Positions 52,166 to 62,670 of a stretch of 64,000 nucleotides of DNA are shown here, one piece after another. Under the pieces are notes generated by a model, which saw only the letters and a list, made by a program, of their open reading frames with translations, did not search any database and was not told the DNA's origin. Source of the DNA: Clostridia bacterium (GTDB lineage: Bacteria > Bacillota > Clostridia > Christensenellales > CAG-314). The position numbers and the translations under genes are program-made. Location of the stretch: contig JAFQSA010000044.1 in the NCBI GenBank assembly GCA_017409765.1, forward strand, positions 4,406 to 68,405. Reading direction: 5' to 3'. Positions within the stretch are counted from its first letter, which is position 1. Each line of letters begins with the position of its first letter.

Positions 52166-52174
52166 CACGTCCCC

Positions 52175-52540
52175 CTAAAAAATCAGTTTTGCAAGTAGTG
52201 TAGCAACAAATGCGCCCACAAATGCGCAAGCGCCAACAAGCGCCAAAAGTAGTCCAAACTGATTGCCCACAATCTTTGCTCCACGCGTTTCTCCAAGCCC
52301 TTCCAAGTGGTTGCGTGTCTTTACCGTCACACTCAAACAAATGGCATCCCTGTCCTGATATTTCACGTCCAGGTACCCTTGTTCTTTTAGGAAACTTATG
52401 GTCGAGCAAAACGTCTTTGTGTCCAACTGATATTTTTGCGGAACAAGCGCAATCAACTGCTGTTTTTGCAATACCGTGTAGCCATCTTTGGCTTGCTCAC
52501 TCAAAACTTGCAGTACCGCTTCCGTCTTTTTGTCTAACAA
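52175..52540 (-). CDS. small winged-helix-like protein with a C-terminal TM anchor (paralog A)
   Basis: 121 aa with C-terminal FGLLLALVGACAFVGAFVATLLAKLIF. The start abuts the MGMT-domain gene stop. Confidence 0.65.
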   Translation of the reverse strand: MLDKKTEAVLQVLSEQAKDGYTVLQKQQLIALVPQKYQLDTKTFCSTISFLKEQGYLDVKYQDRDAICLSVTVKTRNHLEGLGETRGAKIVGNQFGLLLALVGACAFVGAFVATLLAKLIF

Positions 52541-52864
52541 TCATTCCTCCCAAAGGTGTCGTTCAAGGTCAACCGTGTTGTCGTCCACAAAGGTTACCCC
52601 TTCGCCAAGTAGCAAGTCCCGTTGCACAGTTGCTCCACCAAAGGCAAATGCCCCCGCAAGATGTCCAAATCTGTCCACCACGCGATGGCAAGGGATAACA
52701 AATGGCTGTGGATTTACGTGCAATGCCCAACCAACTTGACGGGACATGCGCTTGTTACCACAAAGTCGCGCAATTTGTCCGTAGGTTGCCACCTTGCCAA
52801 GTGGTATGCGTTTTACCACTTCGTACACCTTTTCAAAAAATCCATTACTACTATCTTTGCCCAT
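52541..52864 (-). CDS. MGMT-family (O6-alkylguanine-DNA alkyltransferase DNA-binding domain only) protein
   Basis: 107 aa with active-site PCHRVV and helix GKVATYGQIA. ATG 52864 follows GGGGGA. Confidence 0.8.
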   Translation of the reverse strand: MGKDSSNGFFEKVYEVVKRIPLGKVATYGQIARLCGNKRMSRQVGWALHVNPQPFVIPCHRVVDRFGHLAGAFAFGGATVQRDLLLGEGVTFVDDNTVDLERHLWEE

Positions 52865-53187
52865 TTTGTCCCCCGCAAAACCTATTTTTGATGCAAATTG
52901 CCACATGCGACGTTTGCAAACGTCAACGTTGTGCAAATTTCAACAAACGTGGCAGTTTGCCTGTGCTTTTATGTAATTATAATTTCTTCAACTGCCCTTT
53001 GTCAATACATTATGTTTTGCACAAATTTTGTCAAAGGCTTGAAAATTCTCCAAATCTATGATAATATAAATTATACTATAATAGGCAACTATTGCAAACT
53101 GAACCTTTTGCGCCACAAATTGGACTTTCCATCCCTCTTATGGCGCAACAAAAGTTTGCAAACATCACTACAAAAGGAAGTACCACT

Positions 53188-53814
53188 ATGAAGAACTTTA
53201 TCACAATCGAAGGTTGCGACGGCGTAGGCAAAACCTACCAAACAAATCTACTTCGCGAGTTTTGCAAGCAAACTGGCCAAGATCACATCGTGTTCACACG
53301 CGAACCAGGTGGCTCGGATATTGCCGAACAAATCCGCAAAATCATTCTCGATGCCAAAAACGAAGGCATGGACGATCTTTGCGAGGCATTTTTGTATGCA
53401 GCAAGCCGTATTCAACACCTCAAAGATATCGTCAAGCCCGCCATCGAACAAGGCAAAGTGGTATTTTGCGACCGTTTTGTGCACTCTTCTTACGTGTACC
53501 AAGGCCTTGGCCGTGGCTTAGGACTTGATCGCATCATCGACCTCAACGCCATTGCCGTTGGCGACTACATGCCGGAGTTTACCATCTTTTTGGATCTTTC
53601 CCCAGCAAAGGCCTTCGAGCGCAAGGGCGGTGCGGACAAAACCGACCGTATGGAGGCCGTTGCCTACTCCTTCCACCAAAAGGTGTACGATGGCTACCGC
53701 GCTTTGATCGAAAAAGATCCCGACAAATTTGTAGTTATTGATGCTTCCGGCACAATCGAGCAAACCCAAGAGGCCCTCAGAAAGGTGCTCTTCGATAAAG
53801 GTATTTTGAAATGA
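53188..53814 (+). CDS. tmk: thymidylate kinase
   Basis: Begins ITIEGCDGVGKT (P-loop), followed by a DRF/Y motif. The ATG follows AAGGAAG. Confidence 0.9.
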   Translation: MKNFITIEGCDGVGKTYQTNLLREFCKQTGQDHIVFTREPGGSDIAEQIRKIILDAKNEGMDDLCEAFLYAASRIQHLKDIVKPAIEQGKVVFCDRFVHSSYVYQGLGRGLGLDRIIDLNAIAVGDYMPEFTIFLDLSPAKAFERKGGADKTDRMEAVAYSFHQKVYDGYRALIEKDPDKFVVIDASGTIEQTQEALRKVLFDKGILK

Positions 53815-54788
53815 TCACTTTGGATAACAACGTTGGCGGTTACCTTGTCCGTGCTTTTGCCGAAGGTCACGCCGTACATGCTTACATAGTAGAGGGCGAC
53901 AAAGCCTACGTCCCCGATTTGCTACGTCAATGCGCCACGATTGCCATGTGTCCAACCCACAGCATTTGTGGTTGTGACGTGTGCCAAAAGGTAATCGAAG
54001 GCAACCATCAAGACGTCATCACGTTGCCAAGGGATGGACGCGCCCGCCTCAAGGTGGAAGACATCGCCTACCTGGTGGAGGAAAGTTCCCTTCGCCCTGT
54101 GGATAACTCCGTTGCGCGCGTATTTTTGATTGATGCAACCAGTTCCACAAGTGGCATTGGTAGCGATTTGTGGCAAAACAAACTGCTAAAAACCATCGAA
54201 GAACCCATCGCTGATACCTACATATTTATCGGCGTAACGGATGCCGATGGTCTGCTTGCCACCATACGCTCTCGTTGCCAAACCCTCAAGCAAACTCGCC
54301 TGCCAAGCAAAGTTATCGCCAACGAACTCAAACGCCGTGGCTACGACCTAAAAACCTGCCAAATCGCAAGTTTGATGGCAAATGGCAGTTTGCAAATGGC
54401 GGAAAAAATCGCCGTAGACAACGGCATTTTCGATGCCTACAACACGGCAATTGATACCTTGGAAAACATGCTTTCCACCAAGGTTGCCTTGCCGTACGTT
54501 TCCCGAATTGCTTCAAACAAAGCAAACGTTACCCATTGCCTTGCCTTCATGACGGTACTTTTGGGGCAAAGTTTGCATTACCGCATTGCGCCAGAGTTGT
54601 TCGAACTATCTTCTTTGAAAAATAGCATGGACAAAATTTGCGCAAACTACTCAATACAAGCCAGCCGAGTTTGTATTGAAAAAATCAATTCGGCTAAAAA
54701 AAGTTTAGACGACGGATGCAACTTGAATGTTGTCTTGGATAACCTTGCAAGTGGCATTTTGGAGGTAAGATACAGATGTCGACTGTAA
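53811..54788 (+). CDS. holB: DNA polymerase III delta' subunit
   Basis: ATGA overlap with tmk. Zinc module CPTHSICGCDVCQKV. Canonical tmk-holB-yaaT order. Confidence 0.85.
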   Translation: MITLDNNVGGYLVRAFAEGHAVHAYIVEGDKAYVPDLLRQCATIAMCPTHSICGCDVCQKVIEGNHQDVITLPRDGRARLKVEDIAYLVEESSLRPVDNSVARVFLIDATSSTSGIGSDLWQNKLLKTIEEPIADTYIFIGVTDADGLLATIRSRCQTLKQTRLPSKVIANELKRRGYDLKTCQIASLMANGSLQMAEKIAVDNGIFDAYNTAIDTLENMLSTKVALPYVSRIASNKANVTHCLAFMTVLLGQSLHYRIAPELFELSSLKNSMDKICANYSIQASRVCIEKINSAKKSLDDGCNLNVVLDNLASGILEVRYRCRL

Positions 54789-55639
54789 TTGTAGGAGTTC
54801 AATACAAACCAAAGGGAAAGATCTACTATTTCGATCCCAAAGATATCACTTTCCAAAAGGGCGAAGGTGTAATTGTGGAAACGGCACAAGGCCAAGAGTT
54901 TGGCACAATTGCCATTGCCAACAAACCCATTGACGAATCCCTTTTGAAGGGTGAACTTAAGCCCGTAGTGCGCAAAGCCACCGAAAAGGACATCAAACAA
55001 CACGAAAACTTGATGGAAAAACGCATCAAGTACATGGCTGATGCGCAAACTTTGATTGAAAAACACAAATTGGATATGAAACTTGTCGATGCCGACGTCA
55101 TGTTCGATGGCTCCAAAATCATCGTGTACTTCACGTCGGAAAACCGCGTGGACTTCCGTGATTTGGTCAAGGACATGGCTTCTCAATTCCGTATGCGCAT
55201 CGAACTACGCCAAATTGGTATTCGTGACGAATGCAAAATGAAGGGCGGTCTTGGCCCCTGTGGCCGTGTTTGCTGTTGCAACGCGCACCTCGACGAGTTT
55301 GCTCGCGTATCCATCAAAATGGCCAAAAACCAAGGCCTTTCCATCAACCCAACCAAGATTTCCGGTCTTTGTGGCAGACTTATGTGTTGCTTGAAGTACG
55401 AAGACGACTACTATGCGCAAACTTTGAAGTTTATGCCAAAGGTAAATTCGGAAATTGAAACGCCCGACGGCCGTGGCAAGGTGGAAAGTGTCGACATTTT
55501 GCGCCAAACTGTTCGCGTGCGTATCACTCGTGCCGACGAAAGTGTGGAAATTTCCGACTACACGTTGCCACAACTTGGCATTGTGCCTGTCTACAAGGAT
55601 ACAACAACTCCAACTGAGGACGATTTGTCCGAGGAGTAA
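54776..55639 (+). CDS. ricT: PSP1-domain stage 0 sporulation protein YaaT/RicT
   Basis: PSP1 C-terminal domain with Cys-rich CGRVCCCNAHL...CGRLMCCLKYE. Confidence 0.9.
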   Translation: MSTVIVGVQYKPKGKIYYFDPKDITFQKGEGVIVETAQGQEFGTIAIANKPIDESLLKGELKPVVRKATEKDIKQHENLMEKRIKYMADAQTLIEKHKLDMKLVDADVMFDGSKIIVYFTSENRVDFRDLVKDMASQFRMRIELRQIGIRDECKMKGGLGPCGRVCCCNAHLDEFARVSIKMAKNQGLSINPTKISGLCGRLMCCLKYEDDYYAQTLKFMPKVNSEIETPDGRGKVESVDILRQTVRVRITRADESVEISDYTLPQLGIVPVYKDTTTPTEDDLSEE

Positions 55640-55647
55640 AACTAGCA

Positions 55648-56640
55648 ATGCAAACAAAACTACTCAACTTTACCGATGAGCATTTGCAGTTAGCTGGAGA
55701 ACTTATTCGCCAAGGCAAACTTGTGGCATTTCCCACCGAAACAGTCTATGGCCTTGGCGCAAATGCCTTTGACGAACAAGCGGTACTGTCCACCTTCACA
55801 GCCAAGGGACGACCAAGCGACAATCCCTTGATAGTGCACATCTACGACAAAAGCCAAGTGTGGCAAATTGCACGCGAAGTTAGTGCCGATGCACAAAAAA
55901 TCATCGACCAAATCATGCCTGCAAGCATCACCATCGTGCTCCCCAAAAGGGCAAACGTTTCCGATGCGATAACAGCAGGATTGGATACTGTGGCAATCCG
56001 CATGCCCAAGTCTGCAGAGGCGCGCAGGTTTTTGGAGGCTTGCCAAGTGCCTGTAACGGCTCCAAGCGCCAACACAAGCAGTCGCCCAAGCCCAACAACT
56101 TGGCAACGCGTTGCCGAGGATATGGATGGCAAAATCTCCGCCATTTTGTGTGGAGAGCCTTGCCAAGTGGGTATCGAGTCAACCGTATTGGATCTAACCC
56201 ACGACGAACCGCTAATTTTGCGCCCAGGAGTTGTTACTCCCGAGCAAATCGAAAGTGTGCTTGGCAAACCTGTACGGGTGCTAACCAACCCCAAGGAAAA
56301 GGTCAACTCCCCCGGTGTCAAGTACAAACACTACGCACCAAAAGTGCCAATGGCTTTGGATCTATCCGGCGACACGGCCAAACTTTCTGGCTACTACGAT
56401 ACCCTTGTCAAGCAAGGCCTAAACCCCGTTTTGTTGGTGGAAGACGTGTCCGCTTTTGGCGGAAGAAACGTCCACCCAATTGGCACAACGGACGAACAAG
56501 TAGCGCAAAACCTTTTCGAAAACTTGCGCATTTTGGAGCAGTCCTACAACTACATCATCGCAAGTTACACATCCAAAACATCTTTTGCTACAAGCATTTT
56601 GAACAGACTTACTCGTTCAGCATCAAACAACATCATCTAG
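55648..56640 (+). CDS. tsaC: L-threonylcarbamoyladenylate synthase (Sua5/YwlC type)
   Basis: YrdC-fold motif VAFPTETVYGLGANA plus a Sua5 C-terminal domain; 330 aa. Confidence 0.9.
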   Translation: MQTKLLNFTDEHLQLAGELIRQGKLVAFPTETVYGLGANAFDEQAVLSTFTAKGRPSDNPLIVHIYDKSQVWQIAREVSADAQKIIDQIMPASITIVLPKRANVSDAITAGLDTVAIRMPKSAEARRFLEACQVPVTAPSANTSSRPSPTTWQRVAEDMDGKISAILCGEPCQVGIESTVLDLTHDEPLILRPGVVTPEQIESVLGKPVRVLTNPKEKVNSPGVKYKHYAPKVPMALDLSGDTAKLSGYYDTLVKQGLNPVLLVEDVSAFGGRNVHPIGTTDEQVAQNLFENLRILEQSYNYIIASYTSKTSFATSILNRLTRSASNNII

Positions 56641-56652
56641 TGGGGTACAGTT

Positions 56653-57081
56653 ATGAAAATTTCACTCGCATGTGACCACGGCGGACTACAACTCAAAAAC
56701 CACGTTGCCGAGTTCCTCAAGGAGCATGGCTACATCGTGATGGACTTTGGAACTTTCACAAAGGACAGTTGCGACTACCCAGATTTTGCCAAGCAAGCAG
56801 CGCAAGCCGTTGCCGATGGCAAATGCAACAAGGGCATTGTCATTTGCACAACAGGTATTGGCGTATCCATTGTTGCAAACAAAGTCAAGGGTGTTCGTTG
56901 CGCCCTTTGTACCAATGCCGACATGGCAACACGCACACGCGCCCACAACGATGCCAACATGATTGCCATGGGACAAATCTACGTGGATAACGACACCGCA
57001 GACGAAATTGTAACGGCATTTTTAACCACCGATTTTATGGGTGGACGCCACCAAGTTCGCGTGGACAAAATCGAGGACTAA
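56653..57081 (+). CDS. rpiB: ribose-5-phosphate isomerase B
   Basis: 142 aa RpiB/LacAB fold (IALACDHGG, GIVICTTGIGVSI). Confidence 0.95.
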   Translation: MKISLACDHGGLQLKNHVAEFLKEHGYIVMDFGTFTKDSCDYPDFAKQAAQAVADGKCNKGIVICTTGIGVSIVANKVKGVRCALCTNADMATRTRAHNDANMIAMGQIYVDNDTADEIVTAFLTTDFMGGRHQVRVDKIED

Positions 57082-57265
57082 CCCCTCTAAAAACACACCA
57101 CGTATCCCCAATTTTTGCAATATTTTGCTTTTATAAACGCAATTTTTTGTGCGTAAAACGATAGCGTTTGTTGCCAATTGCAATGGCATACCACAGCAAT
57201 TTGAAATGCAAAAACCAAAGCAATTTACTTTAGTATTACACAACTCACAATAGTATTTTAGCATC

Positions 57266-57301
57266 AAAAAGGACTTATCCCAAATGGACAAGTCCTTTTT
57301 G
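57266..57301. terminator. bidirectional terminator (rpiB / cotH-like convergent pair)
   Basis: AAGGACTT.TCC/GGA.AAGTCCTT flanked by an A5 run and a T5 run. Confidence 0.75.
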
Positions 57302-57351
57302 TTTACTCGTTTTTGTTTCAACTAATTTTCAATCGTAACCAAACACTTCAA

Positions 57352-58902
57352 CTAATTTGCGCTATCAAGCTTTGCAAACGCTGCCTCAATTGTTGCGCGC
57401 TTTGTGTTGATGTAGTTTTGTACACTTGTGCCGTCCAGTCGTGCAAGGCGGTTGCAGTCCACCTGGTTAAGTGTTGCTTTTAGCACAGCGGATGGTTCAA
57501 CCACGCCTTGGTAGTTTGCCCAAAATGCATCCATCAAGGATTTGTAGTACTCGTAAGTAAAGTATTCACTTTCCAAAATTTCCGCAATGCGCTCGTTAAG
57601 TAGCCTGTTGTAAGCGGTGCGACCGCCCTTCAAAAAGGTCTTTTTGTACACGGGGTTTTGGCAATCGCCAAGCGCTCCACGCACGTCATTTGGCGCGATG
57701 TACTCAGTTTTAACGTCGTTGTTGTTCCAGGTGTTGCCCAAACTCCAGTCGTAGTCGTACACACCAAAAATTGCCAAGCCACTTGGCGCAAAGTAGGTGT
57801 AGTAGTTGTTGTAGTTGTTGCGGATGCAGTCTGGGTTGCCAAGTAGGTAGTTTACTGCTTCCAACTCGGCAAAGTAGTTCATTGGCAGTATCGCCTCCAC
57901 CTTCTCGAAAAATTGTTCGTCGTCAACTTCAAGATTGTTTGCAAACTCAATAAATTCGCGCAAACGGTGGTGGTCGGAGTAGCCCTCTTCATCGGGGTCG
58001 TTATTGGTTTTCAAATCGTAGGTTGGTGTCCAAGATGCTGTTTCGATGCCGTAGTTCTCAAACTTGGTCATGTCGGCAGGCGCACCTTGATACAAACACT
58101 TGTACAAATCTCCGCCTTGATTTGCATCGTCAAAATATCTGTTTACAAATTCCTCGTCAATGGTTTCGTAAAGTGTTCCCATGCCCACGTTTTCCATACT
58201 GCCATTTTGCTTGATGGCAATGTTTGTCCAAGTTACGTGTGGATTCATGATGCCGTATTGCCAAAGCAAGCGTGATGCAAACACTTCGCGAGTGTAACTA
58301 GTGTCGTAACTCTTGTTCCACTTGATGTAGCACTTTTCCATGGTGGCAAACGTGCGCGCCTTGCGTGCTTTGCGTGCCGCTTTGCCTTCGGGGGTGTCCT
58401 TTTGCCAATCGTGGTAGATGCTTGTACCTTCGTACTCGTCGCCGTCAAACGTTTCCGTAAACTTAAAGCGGAAGTTCACAAGCGCGTACATGATGCCGTT
58501 TTCGTTGCAAAATGCGCGCTTGGACGTGTTGCCGTGCATGCGGATGCCCACTTCCTCAAAGTAGTAACTAACGCCGTTTACCACAATTGTAAGATTGCAC
58601 TTGCGATACATCTCAAGTAGTTCGGGGTTTTCCCACTTGTGATCGAACGCGTAGCTCATTGCGTACAATTCGCTTGGCTCAATGTCAATTTGAAAGGAAA
58701 TGGTGGTGTCATTTTTCCACAAGGAGTAAAACAAGTTTGTTTCCTCAGTGGAAAAATCTTCGTAAAAGGTTGGGTTGCCCAGTTCACTCAAAAATACGTT
58801 GTCCGTTGGCTTGCGAGTTTCTTCGTCTGGTGGAAGTTGTTCGCAACAACAAAAAGTTGCAACCAGCACCAAACACATTGCAATTAGTAACAGTTTTTTC
58901 AT
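57352..58902 (-). CDS. cotH: CotH-family (spore-coat kinase-like) protein with an N-terminal signal/anchor
   Basis: ATG 58902 lies 6 nt after AAGGAG. CotH-like blocks are present (IRMHGNTSK, NNYNNYYTYFAP..., YDYDWSLG). Confidence 0.8.
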   Translation of the reverse strand: MKKLLLIAMCLVLVATFCCCEQLPPDEETRKPTDNVFLSELGNPTFYEDFSTEETNLFYSLWKNDTTISFQIDIEPSELYAMSYAFDHKWENPELLEMYRKCNLTIVVNGVSYYFEEVGIRMHGNTSKRAFCNENGIMYALVNFRFKFTETFDGDEYEGTSIYHDWQKDTPEGKAARKARKARTFATMEKCYIKWNKSYDTSYTREVFASRLLWQYGIMNPHVTWTNIAIKQNGSMENVGMGTLYETIDEEFVNRYFDDANQGGDLYKCLYQGAPADMTKFENYGIETASWTPTYDLKTNNDPDEEGYSDHHRLREFIEFANNLEVDDEQFFEKVEAILPMNYFAELEAVNYLLGNPDCIRNNYNNYYTYFAPSGLAIFGVYDYDWSLGNTWNNNDVKTEYIAPNDVRGALGDCQNPVYKKTFLKGGRTAYNRLLNERIAEILESEYFTYEYYKSLMDAFWANYQGVVEPSAVLKATLNQVDCNRLARLDGTSVQNYINTKRATIEAAFAKLDSAN

Positions 58903-58941
58903 GTATATCTCCTTGATGCCTAAATTGGTTTTATCCCAAAC

Positions 58942-58970
58942 ATTATACCAAAAGTCGCTACCAAAAGCAA
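58942..58970 (-). promoter_or_regulatory. sigma-A-type promoter of the cotH-like gene
   Basis: Minus strand reads TTGCTT, 17-nt spacer ending TGG, TATAAT. Confidence 0.5.
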
Positions 58971-59186
58971 TAGTAAATTTGTCGATATTTTGCAAATTAG
59001 TGTATTAAATATATATTTATCAAAAATATTTCAAAAAAGTTAATTATTTTAGGGGAGTTTTGTAACTGTTGTCGTAATTGTAAGTGTACGATAAAAAAAT
59101 GTGCATTTTTACGGCAAAAAAGTATCATTTTTATGGTATTTTTTGCCCAATTGCAACATTTCACGCAAACTACAAAGGAGGTAAAC

Positions 59187-60959
59187 ATGGCTGACTACAA
59201 AAGTTTTATTCAACAAGTAAAACAAGCAAACGATATCGTCGACGTTGTTGGATCCTACATCGAACTAAGGCCTCGTGGCACCAACCACATGGCGCGTTGT
59301 CCTTTCCACGGCGAAAAGACTCCCAGTTTCAACGTTAACCGCAACATGCAAATTTTCAAATGCTTTGGCTGTGGCGAAAGTGGCGATGTTATCACCTTTG
59401 TAGAAAAAATCGAGTCCTGCTCCACTTGGGAAGCGGTGGAAATCTTGGCAAAAAGGGCAAACATCCCCATGCCTGAAACTCCCTCCCAACGCGAGGACAA
59501 GCAGTTTGCCGCTCGCAAAAAGCAAAAGGATCTCCACTTGGAAATCTGTCGCGAAACGGCCGTTTTCTACTTCAAGGCCTACCGCTCAGAAAAGGGCAAA
59601 AAGGCGCGTGACTACTTCGAAGGTCGTGGATTTTCTGCCGACACCGCCAAAAAATTCGGCATTGGCTACTCCCCCGATAGCTACTCCTTGCCAAACTACC
59701 TTCTAGGTAAGGGCTTTAGCGAAGAGGAGTGCCTCAAAGCGGGCGTAATTCAAAAAAGCAAAAACGGCAGGCTTATCGATGCCCTTGGCAGACGACTTAT
59801 CGTTCCCATATTCAACATGCAGGGCAAGGTTATCGCCTTTGGTGGACGTGCCCTCGAGGAGCAAGACCTCAACTTCGGCAAGTACAAAAACACCAGCGAC
59901 ACCCCTTTGTTCACCAAGAAAAACAACCTGTTTGCTTTGAACATCGCCAAGGAGCAAAAGCAACAATCGGCATTGAAGCACCTTGTAGTGGTGGAAGGCT
60001 ACATGGACGTTATCGCAATGTACCAAGCAGGTTTCAAAACCACCGTTGCTAGCATGGGCACAAGCCTAACTGCCGAGCAAGCGCGTTGGCTTTCCCGTTT
60101 GACTGACACCGTCTACATCTGCTACGATGGCGACTCTGCCGGTCAAAAAGCAACCGTCCGCGGTTTGGATATCTTGGACGAGGCAGGTTTGGAAGTGCGC
60201 GTAATGTCGGTACCCAACAACCAAGACCCCGACGAGTACATCAAAGCACACGGCCGTGATGCCTTCGAAAAACTAATTGAGCAAGCAATGCCATTGCCCG
60301 ACTACAAAATCCAACTTTTGGACAATTCCTTCGACATCACCAGTTCCGACCCGGCGGTGCGCAACAACGCAATGCCCAAGTACGTCAAGGGCGCAATCAT
60401 CATGCTCCGCCAATTGGACGAAAACCGCCAACGCCACTACATTTCGGTACTTTCCGCAAAGACGGGCTACTCAACCGACTACTTTATGCGCAAAATTGCC
60501 GAAAAGGGTAGCGACTCGCAAACGGACGAACCCACCCCAATGGACAATGCAATGTCCCCCGAAACCAAGGCAAAGTTCTTTGTGGCAAGTTGCTTGCTTC
60601 ACGGTCAGGACTACGCATCGCTTGACGAAAAACCTCGTTGCGATACCTTGTTTTTGTCCAATTTGTACAACTACCTGTTTGATTGCAAGCAAAAGGGCGA
60701 ACAACCCACCGTGGACATGCTCTACACAATTTGCCCAAATGCCACTCAGGAGGAGTACGACCAAATAATCGACGTGGACTTCTCCCCAAAACGCTACTCC
60801 AAAAACGCTCAGTATTTTGCCGAGTGCAAACGCGTAATTTTGGTGGAAGAACTACAAAAGGAAAAGAATAAACTACTTGCACAGATGAAAAAGGACCCCA
60901 CCAACGTGGAACTTTTGCATAAACTTGCGGAAATTTCCGCCAAGATCACTTCAATTTAG
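59187..60959 (+). CDS. dnaG: DNA primase
   Basis: ATG follows AAGGAGG. CHC2 zinc finger (CPFHGEKTPSF...CFGCG) and TOPRIM domain (EGYMDV...DGDSAG). Confidence 0.9.
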   Translation: MADYKSFIQQVKQANDIVDVVGSYIELRPRGTNHMARCPFHGEKTPSFNVNRNMQIFKCFGCGESGDVITFVEKIESCSTWEAVEILAKRANIPMPETPSQREDKQFAARKKQKDLHLEICRETAVFYFKAYRSEKGKKARDYFEGRGFSADTAKKFGIGYSPDSYSLPNYLLGKGFSEEECLKAGVIQKSKNGRLIDALGRRLIVPIFNMQGKVIAFGGRALEEQDLNFGKYKNTSDTPLFTKKNNLFALNIAKEQKQQSALKHLVVVEGYMDVIAMYQAGFKTTVASMGTSLTAEQARWLSRLTDTVYICYDGDSAGQKATVRGLDILDEAGLEVRVMSVPNNQDPDEYIKAHGRDAFEKLIEQAMPLPDYKIQLLDNSFDITSSDPAVRNNAMPKYVKGAIIMLRQLDENRQRHYISVLSAKTGYSTDYFMRKIAEKGSDSQTDEPTPMDNAMSPETKAKFFVASCLLHGQDYASLDEKPRCDTLFLSNLYNYLFDCKQKGEQPTVDMLYTICPNATQEEYDQIIDVDFSPKRYSKNAQYFAECKRVILVEELQKEKNKLLAQMKKDPTNVELLHKLAEISAKITSI

Positions 60960-60974
60960 AAAAAGGAGAGCACT

Positions 60975-62024
60975 ATGGAACTCACACAAGACTTTTTGAA
61001 AGGTATTTTGGAAGACATCAAAAACACCGGTTCAACCAAGGTAACGTTTGACGAGTTGGAAATCAAATTGGAAAAACTCGATCTCAACGCCGACCAAAAT
61101 GCCGAAATCTACAAGTATTTGGAAACAAACGGCATCACAATTGTGGACACGTTGGACAAGGACAGCTCCGCTTTGTACAAGTCCATTGGCGACGTTTCCG
61201 TCGATGACCCTGTAAAAATGTACCTTCGCGATATCGGTAAAGTGCCCCTTTTGACAAGTGACGAGGAAGTGGAAATTGCCAAACTCATCTTGGAAGGTGA
61301 CGAAGAGGCAAAGCGCAAACTTTGCGAAACAAACCTTCGTTTGGTTGTTAGCATTGCCAAGCGCTACATCGGCCGTGGTATGCTCTTCTTGGATTTGATC
61401 CAAGAGGGTAACGTAGGCCTTATGAAAGCGGTAGAAAAGTTCGATTACACCAAGGGCTTCAAATTCTCCACATACGCAACTTGGTGGATTCGCCAAGCAA
61501 TCACTCGTGCCATTGCCGACCAAGCGCGCACAATTCGTATCCCTGTACATATGGTGGAAACAATCAACCGCCAAGTTCGCGCACAACGTGCACTTCTGCA
61601 AGAGTTGGGCCGTGAACCCACCCCCGAGGAAATTGCCGACTACATGGGCATCACTCCAGAAAAGGTTATCGAAATTCAAAAGATTGCCCAAGACCCCGTT
61701 TCCTTGGAAACCCCCATTGGCGAAGAGGAAGACTCTCACCTTGTAGACTTTATCGAAGATACCAAAACAATCGCTCCTGGCGACATGGCCGCACAATCCA
61801 TGCTCCACGAACAACTTGTTGCAACTTTGCACAAGCTTACCCCTCGTGAGGAAAAGGTAATTCGCCTTCGTTACGGCCTTGATGACGGCAAACAACGCAC
61901 CTTGGAAGAAGTAGGCAAAGTGTTCAACGTTACTCGTGAACGTATCCGCCAAATCGAGGCAAAAGCACTTCGCAAGCTCCGCAACCCAACTCGTAGCAAA
62001 AAGTTGCGCGACTATCTCGACTAA
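60975..62024 (+). CDS. rpoD: primary RNA polymerase sigma factor
   Basis: Conserved regions 2-4 ([24 protein letters not shown]; ...[18 protein letters not shown]). dnaG-rpoD synteny. Confidence 0.95.
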   Translation: MELTQDFLKGILEDIKNTGSTKVTFDELEIKLEKLDLNADQNAEIYKYLETNGITIVDTLDKDSSALYKSIGDVSVDDPVKMYLRDIGKVPLLTSDEEVEIAKLILEGDEEAKRKLCETNLRLVVSIAKRYIGRGMLFLDLIQEGNVGLMKAVEKFDYTKGFKFSTYATWWIRQAITRAIADQARTIRIPVHMVETINRQVRAQRALLQELGREPTPEEIADYMGITPEKVIEIQKIAQDPVSLETPIGEEEDSHLVDFIEDTKTIAPGDMAAQSMLHEQLVATLHKLTPREEKVIRLRYGLDDGKQRTLEEVGKVFNVTRERIRQIEAKALRKLRNPTRSKKLRDYLD

Positions 62025-62025
62025 G

Positions 62026-62670
62026 ATGACAATTCGCCTCAACAAAATAGTGCAAGCAATCCCCCAAGTGGAAACCCTTTGCGACGTTGGTTGTGACCAC
62101 GGCTACATCGGCATCGGCGCTTGGGAGATGGGCAAAGCACGACGCGTCATCTTTATGGATATCTCCGCCCCAAGCCTTCAAAAAGCACAAAACAACTGCG
62201 CAAATGTGCAAATGAACAACTGTCAATTTGTTTGCCAAGATGGCATCCAAAGTGTCGTGTGCGATTGCGCTGTCATTGCCGGTATGGGCGGACTCGAAAC
62301 CATCTCAATTTTGCAAAACACAACACGTCCCCCCAAATTTTTGGTACTTCAGCCCATGCGAAACCAAATGGACGTGCGCAAATACCTGCTTTCAAATGGC
62401 TACAAACTCACACTCGACGTCAAGTTTCAAGACGTCAAGTACTACGACTTGATGGTGGCAGAACTGTCTGCCGAGCAGATGGAATTATCCCCTTTTCAAC
62501 TCAAGTTTGGATTTACAAATCTTGCTAGTCCCAGTCAAGATTTTGTCAACTTCCTTTTGGAAGAACAACGCAAATACACTCAAATTCTAACTCAATGCAG
62601 GGATACGGAAGTGGCGGAAAAACTTTCCGACACTAACCTTGCCCTTGAACATATAGGAGGTCAACAATGA
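62026..62670 (+). CDS. trmK: tRNA (adenine22-N1)-methyltransferase TrmK
   Basis: Start lies 1 nt after the rpoD stop. SAM motif DVGCDHGY. Confidence 0.85.
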   Translation: MTIRLNKIVQAIPQVETLCDVGCDHGYIGIGAWEMGKARRVIFMDISAPSLQKAQNNCANVQMNNCQFVCQDGIQSVVCDCAVIAGMGGLETISILQNTTRPPKFLVLQPMRNQMDVRKYLLSNGYKLTLDVKFQDVKYYDLMVAELSAEQMELSPFQLKFGFTNLASPSQDFVNFLLEEQRKYTQILTQCRDTEVAEKLSDTNLALEHIGGQQ

